A stretch of DNA of 64,000 nucleotides from an uncultured Flavobacteriales bacterium (GTDB taxonomy: Bacteria > Bacteroidota > Bacteroidia > Flavobacteriales_G > NORP312), in assembly GCA_905480125.1 (NCBI GenBank), contig CAJQPE010000002.1, forward strand, positions 989-64,988, written 5' to 3'. The position numbers and the translations under genes were made by a program. This document shows, piece after piece, positions 25,969-35,619 of this stretch. Each line of letters begins with the position of its first letter. Position 1 is the first letter of the stretch. Under the pieces are notes generated by a model. It was not told the DNA's origin, ran no database searches, and saw nothing but the letters and a program-made list of their open reading frames with translations.

Positions 25969-26378
25969 GGCATCATTACAAAAACGGTTAGTAGAACTAT
26001 CGCTAAAGAACTTAAATAAAATAATGCAACGGTTTTGTGTTTTTCTGACGCTTCTACTTGCTTCTTTGACTTACTTCTACCTATCGTAATTAGTACTCCG
26101 ACTATTATCATTAAAAATGCATGTTCTATTGTAAAATAACGAGTAGTGCCGTCAGCAATATTTGAAAAATCTACCCTTGGACTAATATAATACAAAACAA
26201 AACCAATCAAAATTTGTGTGTGTATCGTTATCAGTGTAAACAACGAAAGCTTATCGTCAACTTTTTCATATGAAGACTTGTTTAACCAACCTATTAATGA
26301 TTTTATTCCTGTAGCAATCATTAATGCCAAAATAATCCATCTAAGTGATGAATGAGTATGAATTAATCCTGTTAGCAT
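25962..26378 (-). CDS. Integral membrane protein (about four TM helices), unknown function
   Basis: The 138-aa protein is very hydrophobic and His-rich at the N-terminus (LIHTHSSLRW). Its stop overlaps the cytochrome c start by 7 nt. Confidence 0.55.
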   Translation of the reverse strand: MLTGLIHTHSSLRWIILALMIATGIKSLIGWLNKSSYEKVDDKLSLFTLITIHTQILIGFVLYYISPRVDFSNIADGTTRYFTIEHAFLMIIVGVLITIGRSKSKKQVEASEKHKTVALFYLSSLAIVLLTVFVMMPC

Positions 26379-26394
26379 ATCAATTTGTTTTCAA

Positions 26395-26402
26395 CAAATG
26401 TA
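26395..26402 (-). promoter_or_regulatory. Candidate Bacteroidota -7 promoter box (TACATTTG) for the membrane protein/cytochrome c/hflX operon
   Basis: It is an exact match to the TAnnTTTG consensus on the minus strand, 16 nt upstream of the ATG at 26378. Confidence 0.4.
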
Positions 26403-26452
26403 TGGAATATTGCCGTTGATGTATTGTCTAATACTCCGATTCTCAAAAACAT

Positions 26453-26460
26453 TACATTTG
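26453..26460 (+). promoter_or_regulatory. Candidate Bacteroidota -7 promoter box (TACATTTG) for the amidohydrolase pair
   Basis: It is an exact match to TAnnTTTG, 22 nt upstream of the ATG at 26483. Confidence 0.4.
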
Positions 26461-26482
26461 TTCTCATTTTAGCACTTAATAA

Positions 26483-29400
26483 ATGGCACAAAGACTATTT
26501 CTTTCGGTTTTTATAACAATTGTTTCTCTTTCTGTTTCAGCACAAGAAACTTTTCCTGTAAATGGAACACATAACGAAAGCCACACTTATTATTATTTCT
26601 CTAATGCAACTGTTCATGTTGATTATGAAACTACTATTGAAAATGCTTCCCTCTTAATTAAAGACGGATATGTTATTGCGGTTGGGGATGGCATTAAAGA
26701 GCCTGAAGGAAGTGTAAAAATTGATCTTGACGGAAAACATATTTATCCTTCTTTTATTGACCCGTTTTCCAATTATGGAATGCCAAAACTTGAGAAACGC
26801 AAAAAAAAACGAAGTGATGGGCCACAAATTGAAAGCAAAAAATCAGGAGCATATGCTTGGAATCAGGCGTTGAACCCTGAAGTTGATGCTGCAAAAATCT
26901 TTAAAACGGATGCAAAGGCTTCAAAAAATTTGCGGGCAAATGGTTTTGGCGCAGTAGTAACTCATCAACAAGATGGAATAATCAGAGGAACCTCAACTAG
27001 CGTATTAACAGGTAATGACAACGAAAACAAAATGATGATTGGGGCCTACACCGCTGCAATGTATTCGTTCAAAAAAGGAAATTCAGCACAAGATTATCCT
27101 GGTTCATTAATGGGGGCTATTGCCCTTCTTCGTCAAACTTATTACGACTCAGAATGGTACATTGGTTTGCAAAATGAAGAGGAGTACAATCTGGGACTAG
27201 ATGCGTTCTTAGCAAACCAAACACTGCCCCAAATTTTTGCTGTAACAGATTACTTATCTGCTATTCGGGCTGATAAAATTGGTGATGAATTTGGCGTTCA
27301 GTATATCATTAAAGGATCTGGCGATGAATACAAAAACATAGAGTACGTTCAATCTACCAATGCCGCATTTATTCTTCCTTTAACTTTCCCATCAGCCTAT
27401 GATATTAATGACCCTTATGACGCTCTTGTAATAACAACTGAAGACATGAAACATTGGGAATCTGCCCCAGCCAATCCGGCAATATTCGAACAAAATTCTA
27501 TCCCGTTCGCTTTTACTGCAGATGGATTAAAGAAAAAAGAAGACTATTTGGTTAATATCCGTAAAGCCATAAAAAATGGCCTTACCGAAGAGTGTGCGCT
27601 TAAAGCGATAACATACAACCCTGCTTCATTAATTGGCTTAGAGGGTCAATTAGGAACACTTGAGGTAGGAAGAATTGCTAACTTTTTGATTACTTCAGAT
27701 AACATTTTTCACGATGATTCTAAAATCTACGAAAACTGGGTAAAAGGAGAACAGTACATTGTAAAAAATATGAACGTAATTGATTTGTCAGGGTCTTACA
27801 GTGTAAATATTGACGGCAAAAAATATATGCTAACCGTAACCGAAAGCGCTGGCAAGTTTAAAGGCTCCATCAAACGGGATACGACTAAAATAAAGGCTGC
27901 CGTTCTGCTCGATGGTCAGTTAGTCTCTATCCGTTTTGTTGCTAGCGATGAAAAATATCAGGGTCTTGTTTCTCTTTCCGGTAAAGTAAATTTCAAAAGC
28001 GGAATTTGGGATGGTAGAGGCCAAGGCCCTAATGGAGAGTGGGTAAAATGGGGGGCGATTAAACAAAAGGAGGTAAAAGATAAAAACGCTAAGTCTAATG
28101 GGGAAAGTAATACTGAACAAAATGAAGAGGCAGATTCCCTTGCGGCTTTCAATTCGGAACTTTCTTCTTCGATTTGGTCTCCAAATATGGCTTTTGGTTT
28201 CGATTCTGTCCCCAAGCAAAAAACGGTGCTTATCGAAAATGCTACTGTTTGGACTTGTGATACAGGAGGTGTACTAAAAAATGCTTATGTATATCTGCAA
28301 AATGGGAAAATTATGGCTGTTGGCTCTGGTAAGCTTAATCTTTCAGTTGAGCCTGTTGATCTGATAAGAATAGATGCCGAGGGAAAACATGTTACACCAG
28401 GAATTATTGACGAACACTCGCATATTGCAATTAGCCGTGGTGTTAACGAATGCACCCAAGCTGTTACTGCTGAGGTTAGCATTGCAGATGTAGTTAATTC
28501 AGATGATATTAACATCTACCGTCAATTGGCTGGAGGTGTCACTGCTTCTCAATTACTGCATGGCTCATGTAATCCTGTGGGTGGTCAGTCGGCCCTTATC
28601 AAATTGCGATGGGGTTCTTCTCCTGAAGAAATGAAAATTAAAAATACTGATGGCTTTATCAAGTTCGCCTTAGGGGAAAACGTAAAACAAAGTAACCATG
28701 GAGATGCTAGCGTTGTTCGATTTCCTCAAACAAGAATGGGAGTTGAACAAGTTTATTACGATGCTTTTACTAGAGCTCAAGAATACGAACTAGAATGGTC
28801 AGAGTTCTTTCAATATTATGATGGATTGAAAAAAAAAGAAAAGGACTTGGCTGTTCCTCCCAGAAAAAATTTGGAGCTTGATGCTTTAGTTCAAATTATG
28901 AATGAAAGACGATTTATTTCATGCCACTCCTATCAGCAATCAGAAATCAATATGCTCATGCATGTTGGGGATTCAATGGGTTTTAGAGTTAATACATTCA
29001 CTCATATTCTTGAGGGATATAAGGTTGCTGACAAGATGAAAGCGCATGGTGCAGGTGGGTCAACTTTTTCTGATTGGTGGGCTTATAAATACGAAGTAAA
29101 CGATGCAATCCCATACAATGGTGCTCTTATGCATCAGCAAGGAATAGTCACTGCCTACAATTCAGATGATGCCGAAATGGGTAGAAGACTGAATCAAGAA
29201 GCGGCCAAAGCTTTTAAATACGGTGGGGTTAATGCCGAAGATGCACTAAAATTTGTTACTCTTAATCCTGCCATTCTTCTTCATTTAGACGACAGAATGG
29301 GCAGTATTTCTGTTGGTAAAGACGCTGATGTTGTTCTTTGGTCAAGTCACCCATTGTCTGTTTATGCAAAAGCGGAGAAAACATTTATTGATGGAATATG

Positions 29401-29569
29401 TTATTACGATGCTGAAAAAGACTTGGAACTAAGGGCCCGGGAACGGTCCGAAAGAGCTAGGTTAATTGCTAAAATGTTGGAAGCTAAAAAAGATGGTGAG
29501 CCAACCCAGAAAGCTGTGAAGAAAGAGCAAAAACTATATCATTGTGATACCGTTGATTCAGAATATTAA
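26483..29569 (+). CDS. Secreted double-module amidohydrolase-family protein (1028 aa)
   Basis: It has a signal peptide. The C-terminal module carries the metal-binding motif GIIDEHSHIA (HxH). The N-terminal module is homologous in layout but has SFIDPFSNYG at the equivalent place. A low-complexity Lys/Glu/Asn linker lies between the modules. Confidence 0.75.
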   Translation: MAQRLFLSVFITIVSLSVSAQETFPVNGTHNESHTYYYFSNATVHVDYETTIENASLLIKDGYVIAVGDGIKEPEGSVKIDLDGKHIYPSFIDPFSNYGMPKLEKRKKKRSDGPQIESKKSGAYAWNQALNPEVDAAKIFKTDAKASKNLRANGFGAVVTHQQDGIIRGTSTSVLTGNDNENKMMIGAYTAAMYSFKKGNSAQDYPGSLMGAIALLRQTYYDSEWYIGLQNEEEYNLGLDAFLANQTLPQIFAVTDYLSAIRADKIGDEFGVQYIIKGSGDEYKNIEYVQSTNAAFILPLTFPSAYDINDPYDALVITTEDMKHWESAPANPAIFEQNSIPFAFTADGLKKKEDYLVNIRKAIKNGLTEECALKAITYNPASLIGLEGQLGTLEVGRIANFLITSDNIFHDDSKIYENWVKGEQYIVKNMNVIDLSGSYSVNIDGKKYMLTVTESAGKFKGSIKRDTTKIKAAVLLDGQLVSIRFVASDEKYQGLVSLSGKVNFKSGIWDGRGQGPNGEWVKWGAIKQKEVKDKNAKSNGESNTEQNEEADSLAAFNSELSSSIWSPNMAFGFDSVPKQKTVLIENATVWTCDTGGVLKNAYVYLQNGKIMAVGSGKLNLSVEPVDLIRIDAEGKHVTPGIIDEHSHIAISRGVNECTQAVTAEVSIADVVNSDDINIYRQLAGGVTASQLLHGSCNPVGGQSALIKLRWGSSPEEMKIKNTDGFIKFALGENVKQSNHGDASVVRFPQTRMGVEQVYYDAFTRAQEYELEWSEFFQYYDGLKKKEKDLAVPPRKNLELDALVQIMNERRFISCHSYQQSEINMLMHVGDSMGFRVNTFTHILEGYKVADKMKAHGAGGSTFSDWWAYKYEVNDAIPYNGALMHQQGIVTAYNSDDAEMGRRLNQEAAKAFKYGGVNAEDALKFVTLNPAILLHLDDRMGSISVGKDADVVLWSSHPLSVYAKAEKTFIDGICYYDAEKDLELRARERSERARLIAKMLEAKKDGEPTQKAVKKEQKLYHCDTVDSEY

Positions 29570-29573
29570 GAAT

Positions 29574-30911
29574 ATGAATAGATTTATAACACATGGTTTC
29601 GTGACTAGGCGATTCACGATATTCGCAATTATTTTCATATACACTTGTTCGGTTTTTGGCCAAGTGCCGGCACCGGGGATGAAACAAACTAAGAAAATAT
29701 TAATTATGAATGCGAGTGCGCATCTCGGAAATGGCGAATTAATTGAAAATAGTGCAATAGCTTTTGAAAAGGGTAAGATAACTATCGTGGATGATGCTCG
29801 AACAATAAAATTAGACATAACCTACTTCGACACGATTATTCAAGCCGAAGGAAAACACATTTACCCCGGAATAATTGCACCAAATTCCACGCTTGGAATT
29901 ACCGAAATTGATGCTGTTCGGGCTTCCCGGGATTACGATGATGTAGGCAAGTACAATCAACATGTCCGTTCAGTAATTGCTTATAATGCAGAATCCAATG
30001 TTACCTCTACGGTAAGAACAAATGGAGTTCTTATTGGACAAATTACTCCTCGCGGCGGTAGAATTTCTGGAACATCTTCTATCGTTCAATTTGATGCATG
30101 GAACTGGGAAGATGCTGTAATAAAAAAAGATGACGGCATCCATTTAAATTGGCCCAAAACATTTCAGCGCTCGGGCTGGTGGGCTGAGCCTGGAGGCACA
30201 AAAAAGAACGACAAATATAATAATGAAGTTTCTGAACTAATAACAGTATTTAATGACGCTAGGGCTTATTCTAATGCAGATAATGCCGAGCAGAACATTC
30301 GTCATGAAGCGATGGGTGGTTTGTGGAACGGGGAAAAAACGTTATTCATTCACGCCAACTATGTAAAAGACATCGAAAATGCGGTTCTTTTTGCGAGAAA
30401 GATGAAAGTAAAAAAAATCGTACTCGTGGGGGGATATGACTCCTGGATGCTGACCGATATGCTTAAGGAAAATAATGTAGCGGTTATGTTACGTAGGGTT
30501 CACGACCTCCCTAAACGACCTGAAGATGATATCGATTTGCCCTACAAATTACCATATTTACTGCAAAAAGACGGAGTGCTTTTTTGCTTACAAAATGCAG
30601 GCGACATGGAGGCGATGAACGCGCGTAACATTCCTTTTTTAGCCGGCACAGCTGTTGCGTATGGCTTAACCCAAGAGGAGGCGCTTCAATCAATTACGGG
30701 CAACTCAGCCAAAATATTAGGAATAGATTCTTTCTGTGGAACACTCGAGGTTGGTAAAGATGCAACAATGTTTATCTCTTCGGGAGATGCTTTAGATATA
30801 ATGACAAATAATGTTGAGTTAGCTTTTGTACAAGGAAGAAACATCTCATTAGAAAACTCTCAAAAGCGCTTATACCAAAAGTATAAAGCGAAATACGCAG
30901 CTGATAATTAA
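29574..30911 (+). CDS. Secreted amidohydrolase-family protein (445 aa), HxH motif not conserved
   Basis: I take the start at MNRFITHG (ATG 29574), 5 nt after the upstream stop. The layout is amidohydrolase-like (GKHIYPGIIAPNSTLG where HxH is expected; C-terminal GTLEVGKDATMF). Confidence 0.7.
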   Translation: MNRFITHGFVTRRFTIFAIIFIYTCSVFGQVPAPGMKQTKKILIMNASAHLGNGELIENSAIAFEKGKITIVDDARTIKLDITYFDTIIQAEGKHIYPGIIAPNSTLGITEIDAVRASRDYDDVGKYNQHVRSVIAYNAESNVTSTVRTNGVLIGQITPRGGRISGTSSIVQFDAWNWEDAVIKKDDGIHLNWPKTFQRSGWWAEPGGTKKNDKYNNEVSELITVFNDARAYSNADNAEQNIRHEAMGGLWNGEKTLFIHANYVKDIENAVLFARKMKVKKIVLVGGYDSWMLTDMLKENNVAVMLRRVHDLPKRPEDDIDLPYKLPYLLQKDGVLFCLQNAGDMEAMNARNIPFLAGTAVAYGLTQEEALQSITGNSAKILGIDSFCGTLEVGKDATMFISSGDALDIMTNNVELAFVQGRNISLENSQKRLYQKYKAKYAADN

Positions 30912-31879
30912 TAACCTGTTTTATTCTTTACTTTCCCCAACACGCTGCTAATTGCAGCCTTCGCTTGTTCTGCACCTATTGCCAGTTGCCGATCAATTTC
31001 ATCTGTGTTTTCCATCAACTCATTGAATCGTACTCGTTCTGTCTTAAATTTCTCACAAATTAAATCAAATAACGCTTGTTTTGCATGACCATAACCATAA
31101 CCCGGTGTGGCATAATTAGTTTTCATTTTATCAATCTGACCTTCGTCGGCTAAAAGTGCATATAAGGCAAATGCGTTACACGATTCAAAATTCTTTGGTT
31201 CTTCAATAGGAGTGCTGTCCGTTTCTATCTTCATTATCTGATTACGTAAAGCTTTATCGGAAAGAAATATGTCAATAAAGTTATTATACGACTTACTCAT
31301 TTTTTGGCCATCAGTACCTGGTACAATCATTACCCTTTTATCATAAATCCCTTGCGGTAAAACAAACGTTTCGCCATGGATATAATTAAAAGAAGATGCT
31401 ATATCTTTTGTCATTTCCAAGTGCTGCTGCTGATCCTTCCCGACAGGAACAAAATCGGCATCATAGCCAATAATATCCGCAGCCATCAAAACAGGATAAG
31501 TAAAAAGACCTGCGTTTACATCAGATAGTTTTTTGGACTTATCTTTAAACGAATGAGCGTTCGACAACATAGGAAAGGGGGTATAGCAGTTTAAAAACCA
31601 AGCTAATTGACAAACCTCAGCAGCCACATCAGATTGACGATAAAATACATTAGTAGAAGTATCAAAACCAAATGCTAACCATGTTGCTGCGGTCGCATAA
31701 GTATTCTTTCTCAATTGCTCTCCGGACTTGATTTGTGTTAATGAATGTAGGTCCGCTATGAAGAAAAATGCTTCATTATCGCTCTGTTTAGAAAGCTCTA
31801 TTCCTGGTATAATTGCACCTAGAATGTTTCCTAAATGTGGTGTGCCTGTACTTTGTATTCCTGTTAAAATTCTTGCCAT
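30908..31879 (-). CDS. trpS: Tryptophan--tRNA ligase
   Basis: Class I motifs are GTPHLGN (HIGH-type) and KMSKS. It is 323 aa. Confidence 0.92.
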   Translation of the reverse strand: MARILTGIQSTGTPHLGNILGAIIPGIELSKQSDNEAFFFIADLHSLTQIKSGEQLRKNTYATAATWLAFGFDTSTNVFYRQSDVAAEVCQLAWFLNCYTPFPMLSNAHSFKDKSKKLSDVNAGLFTYPVLMAADIIGYDADFVPVGKDQQQHLEMTKDIASSFNYIHGETFVLPQGIYDKRVMIVPGTDGQKMSKSYNNFIDIFLSDKALRNQIMKIETDSTPIEEPKNFESCNAFALYALLADEGQIDKMKTNYATPGYGYGHAKQALFDLICEKFKTERVRFNELMENTDEIDRQLAIGAEQAKAAISSVLGKVKNKTGY

Positions 31880-31903
31880 TTTTTATAACTATCAATGTGA
31901 ATT

Positions 31904-31911
31904 CAAATGTA
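31904..31911 (-). promoter_or_regulatory. Candidate -7 promoter box (TACATTTG) for trpS
   Basis: It is an exact TAnnTTTG match on the minus strand, 24 nt upstream of the trpS ATG. Confidence 0.4.
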
Positions 31912-31986
31912 TGGATTTTCTTTATCGTGGCCGTCTTAAGCAAACTAAGGTTCAGTTTTTATACTTTTACTATCCGAATTTAAGAA

Positions 31987-32739
31987 ATGAACGCAATTCT
32001 ATGGCTTCCCAGAGTGGTTTACAAACTGTATTTTTTAATATTGTTTGCTGGTTATTTAATCTTGGGCTACCCTTTTTTTCATTGGGCAACAGTAAATGAA
32101 GCTCGTTTCCCTATTGCTTTTAGAAGACTTAATAATTGGTCTAAATTTTTGACTTTTTTTTCCGGTATTTACGTCCATAAAAAAGGGGTAGGAAATTTAC
32201 CAAAAAACCAACCCTATGTTCTGTGTGCTAACCACTCTTCTTATCTAGATATTACCATAATTTATCGGGTGCTAGATGATTATTTTGTTATGATGGGTAA
32301 AGGAGAGATTAGAAACTGGCCTTTATTTAATCGATTCTTCACTACTGGAATGAATATACTTGTTGATCGAGAAAGCAGGATTGGCTCACACAAAGCACTA
32401 GAAGAAGCAAAAGTTGCACTAGACAAAGGCCATAATGTTGTTGTGTTCCCAGAAGGAGGAATTCCGGATTTTATTGCTCCAAAAATGAGAGGGTTTAAGA
32501 ACGGAGCATTTAAAATGGCAATCGAAAAACAAGTCCCCATAGTGCCCATGACCTATCAGACTAATTGGAAACTACTTGAAGGAGTTAGCTTTTTTACTGG
32601 GCGTGCGGGTCCTGGAATCTGTCGCGTAATAATTCACAAACCTATTGAAACAAAAGGATTAACACCATATGACGTGCATGAATTGCGCGCAAAAACTAGA
32701 GCGATTATTGCTGGTCCTTTAGAAAAGTATTACGCTTAA
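31987..32739 (+). CDS. plsC: 1-acyl-sn-glycerol-3-phosphate acyltransferase
   Basis: It has the NHSSYLD (HxxxxD) and FPEGG motifs and an N-terminal TM segment. Confidence 0.8.
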   Translation: MNAILWLPRVVYKLYFLILFAGYLILGYPFFHWATVNEARFPIAFRRLNNWSKFLTFFSGIYVHKKGVGNLPKNQPYVLCANHSSYLDITIIYRVLDDYFVMMGKGEIRNWPLFNRFFTTGMNILVDRESRIGSHKALEEAKVALDKGHNVVVFPEGGIPDFIAPKMRGFKNGAFKMAIEKQVPIVPMTYQTNWKLLEGVSFFTGRAGPGICRVIIHKPIETKGLTPYDVHELRAKTRAIIAGPLEKYYA

Positions 32740-32802
32740 TTGACGAACGCCTTTTCCTTTGTGACAATTCTATGACAAATACCAATTCTCAATGCTTCTT
32801 TT

Positions 32803-34053
32803 TTGCTAGGCAAAAAGTTGACAGCCTTGAAGAGATTTACAGTTATAGCATTTACGCACAAAACTCTTGAATTAGAGGAAGTTGGAAGATTACATCTAGA
32901 TGATAGTATTCGATCGGAAAGGTTACAATCGGTAAAACAAGCGCTAAACCTTGATGAACTTATGTACGTTTCTACCTGCAACCGTGTTGAGTTTTTTATT
33001 GTAGGAAGTCAACCTGTTTCAATCGAATTTATAATTCGCTTCTTCAGTGCATTTGCCCCGAATTGGTCCTCCGAATTAGCAGCTAAAATGGCTCATGCAG
33101 CTAAAATTTTCTTCGGAAGAAATGGAATCGAGCATGCTTTTAGAGTTGCGTCTTCACTAGACTCTATGGTGGTTGGTGAGCGAGAAATTATTACTCAAGT
33201 TCGCAATGCTTACGAAGACTCAAATAAAATTGGAATTACTGGTGACTTCATTCGTCTTGCGGTTAAGCATACTGTGGAAACTGCCAAGCAAATTTATACA
33301 GATACTGATATTGCAAAAGCTCCTGTTTCTATTGTTTCTCTGGCGTATAGAGAGTTGTTGAAGTTAAAAGTGAAGCTTGACGCACGAATTTTAGTTATTG
33401 GAGCAGGGAAAACAAACAGCTCTATGACCAGGTTTTTGCACAAACACGGTTACACAAACTTTTCTGTTTTTAACCGAACGTTAGACAATGCTTTGGCTAT
33501 GGCTTCAGAGATTTCCGGGTATAGTTATTCGTTAACGGACTTGCTAAAATTTAACAAGGGATTCGATGTGATAATTACATGTACCGCGTCTAATAATCAT
33601 ATAATCACCCCAGAAATTTACAAGTCATTGCTGGTTGATGAAGCGTCTAAAAAAGTAGTTATAGACTTGGCCATTCCCAATGATTTTGATGAATCAATAA
33701 CAAATGATTATCCTGTGAATCTGATTCAGGTCTCTTCGCTTAAAGAGCTTGCGCAACAAAACATTAAAACAAGAGAGAAAGAACTTGTAAGGTGTAACGA
33801 AATTATTGAAGAGAGAATAGTAGAATTTACTCTTGCTCAGCGCAAACGTAAGTTAGAAGTTGCGATGAGCGAAGTACCTAAAACAGTGAAAGAAATTCAT
33901 CAAACTGCACTTACAGAAGTTTTTGCAAAAGACATTGCAAGTCTTGATGATTCCTCTAAAGAAGTGCTCAACAAGGTGCTCGCCTACGTTGAAAAGAAGT
34001 ATATTTCAGTGCCCATGAAAATGGCGCGCGAAATATTAATTGAAGATGAGTAA
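32803..34053 (+). CDS. hemA: Glutamyl-tRNA reductase
   Basis: It has the catalytic Cys motif STCNRVEFF, the GEREI motif and the NADPH-binding VIGAGK. The start codon is uncertain (TTG at 32803). Confidence 0.85.
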   Translation: MLGKKLTALKRFTVIAFTHKTLELEEVGRLHLDDSIRSERLQSVKQALNLDELMYVSTCNRVEFFIVGSQPVSIEFIIRFFSAFAPNWSSELAAKMAHAAKIFFGRNGIEHAFRVASSLDSMVVGEREIITQVRNAYEDSNKIGITGDFIRLAVKHTVETAKQIYTDTDIAKAPVSIVSLAYRELLKLKVKLDARILVIGAGKTNSSMTRFLHKHGYTNFSVFNRTLDNALAMASEISGYSYSLTDLLKFNKGFDVIITCTASNNHIITPEIYKSLLVDEASKKVVIDLAIPNDFDESITNDYPVNLIQVSSLKELAQQNIKTREKELVRCNEIIEERIVEFTLAQRKRKLEVAMSEVPKTVKEIHQTALTEVFAKDIASLDDSSKEVLNKVLAYVEKKYISVPMKMAREILIEDE

Positions 34054-35605
34054 AATAATAATTGGATCAAGAGGTAGCGAACTTGCGCTTTGGCAAGCAA
34101 ACCATACTCAAGATAGACTTGTTGATCTCGGTCATGAGGTTGAGATTAAAATAATAAAAACACGCGGAGACCAGGTTCAACATCTTGGCTTTGATAAGAT
34201 GGAGGGCAAAGGGTTCTTTACTAAAGAAATAGAAGAGGCGCTATTAAACAAGGACATCGATTTAGCTGTTCACTCTCATAAAGACTTAGAGACAAATCAA
34301 CCTAATGGTCTAACTGTTGCAGCAGTTTCAAGCAGGGAAAGCCCTGCCGAATTATTGCTAATTCGCAAAGAATCGGTTGACTTAAAACTTCCGTATAGCC
34401 TTAAAAAGAAGCCCGTAGTTGGAACTTCTTCTGCACGAAGAAAAACGCAACTACTCTCAATAAGACGCGATATTGAGCTTAAAGATTTACGCGGCAATGT
34501 CCCTACTCGTATTCAAAAATTGCGAGATGGAGGATATGATGCAATTATGCTAGCGGCAGCTGGTGTTCTTCGTCTCAATATAGATTTGTCTGAATTTCAT
34601 GTTGAGGAAATTGATTGTAAAGAATTTATTCCTGCACCTGCACAAGGTGTTTTAGGTTGGCAGATACGAGAACGGGATTACGAGCTCGCAAAAATTATGA
34701 CAAACCTGAATGACTCTGAAGTTCAAGAAACCATTAGAGTTGAAAGAAAAATATTAAACCTTTTTGATGGAGGATGTCAGCTTCCATTAGGTGCGTATTG
34801 CATCAAAGAAAATGGAGAGTATCATGTTTGGGCTTCTTCGTCTAGATCTTGGGATGCATATCCTCAGCGAGTTTATTTAAAGTCAGCATCCACTAAAGGG
34901 TTAGCAGAAAAAGTGGTTAAACGATTAAAAGAAAACCCATCAAAAAGATCGATCTTTGTTTCTCGACATTTACCCAAGACAACCTTCTTTAGGCAAGCGT
35001 TAGAAGAAAATGGCTTTAGTGTATTTGCTGAAGCGCTAACCATATTTGAACAGGTTCCTTTTAAAGAAATCGAGCAAACAGATTGGATTTTCTTCTCTTC
35101 TAAAAACTGTGTCAACTACTTCTTTTCTCAAAACCCACAAATTGGTGAAAACACCAAATTAGGCGTTATCGGTGGGGCAACAAATCAAGAATTAAAATCT
35201 AGAGGTTATTCCGCTAATTTTATTGGAAGCAGCACCAATACCAAAGCAATTGGTAAGGGCTTCGCAAAATTAGTAGGAGAAAAAAGTGTGCTTTTTCCTA
35301 TATCAAGTTCGAGCTATAGAACGGTTCAAAAACAATTCGAGAGTCAAGACAACTTAATTGATTTGGTGGCTTATCATTCGGTAGAAAATGTTTCGGTGAA
35401 GGTTCCTAATACTGAAATTGTCGTATTAACAAGTCCATCAAACGCTATTCTATATTTTAGGCATCATACTGCAACGACAGATAAAGTATATGTTGCAATG
35501 GGTAATTCTACAGGTAAAAAGCTTGAAGAGCTTGGGGTCTCCAATTTCATTCTACCTTGGAACAGTTCAGTTATCGCTTTGGTTGATGCTATTCAGAGTA
35601 TTTAA
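34040..35605 (+). CDS. hemC: Fused hydroxymethylbilane synthase / uroporphyrinogen-III synthase
   Basis: The N-terminal ~300 aa are HemC-like (IGSRGSELALWQA, VGTSSARR, cofactor Cys in GGCQLPLG). The C-terminal ~215 aa have the HemD-type two-lobe pattern. The start is ATG at 34040 or 34046 and overlaps the hemA stop. Confidence 0.8.
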   Translation: MKMSKIIIGSRGSELALWQANHTQDRLVDLGHEVEIKIIKTRGDQVQHLGFDKMEGKGFFTKEIEEALLNKDIDLAVHSHKDLETNQPNGLTVAAVSSRESPAELLLIRKESVDLKLPYSLKKKPVVGTSSARRKTQLLSIRRDIELKDLRGNVPTRIQKLRDGGYDAIMLAAAGVLRLNIDLSEFHVEEIDCKEFIPAPAQGVLGWQIRERDYELAKIMTNLNDSEVQETIRVERKILNLFDGGCQLPLGAYCIKENGEYHVWASSSRSWDAYPQRVYLKSASTKGLAEKVVKRLKENPSKRSIFVSRHLPKTTFFRQALEENGFSVFAEALTIFEQVPFKEIEQTDWIFFSSKNCVNYFFSQNPQIGENTKLGVIGGATNQELKSRGYSANFIGSSTNTKAIGKGFAKLVGEKSVLFPISSSSYRTVQKQFESQDNLIDLVAYHSVENVSVKVPNTEIVVLTSPSNAILYFRHHTATTDKVYVAMGNSTGKKLEELGVSNFILPWNSSVIALVDAIQSI

Positions 35606-35619
35606 ATTAATTTTGGTTT

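Noticed and set aside
31880-31986. I looked for T-box or riboswitch-type leaders upstream of trpS, lysS and glnS, and for any tRNA, rRNA or CRISPR-like repeats in all spacers longer than 100 nt (4726-4958, 13291-13503, 22440-22616, 24273-24451, 50229-50441, 52468-52668, 61911-62063).
   Set aside because: The aaRS leaders are far too short (about 20-110 nt) for T-boxes. I saw no T-loop-like GGTTCGAATCC strings, no cloverleaf-sized structured segments and no direct-repeat/spacer periodicity. The only tandem repeats are coding.
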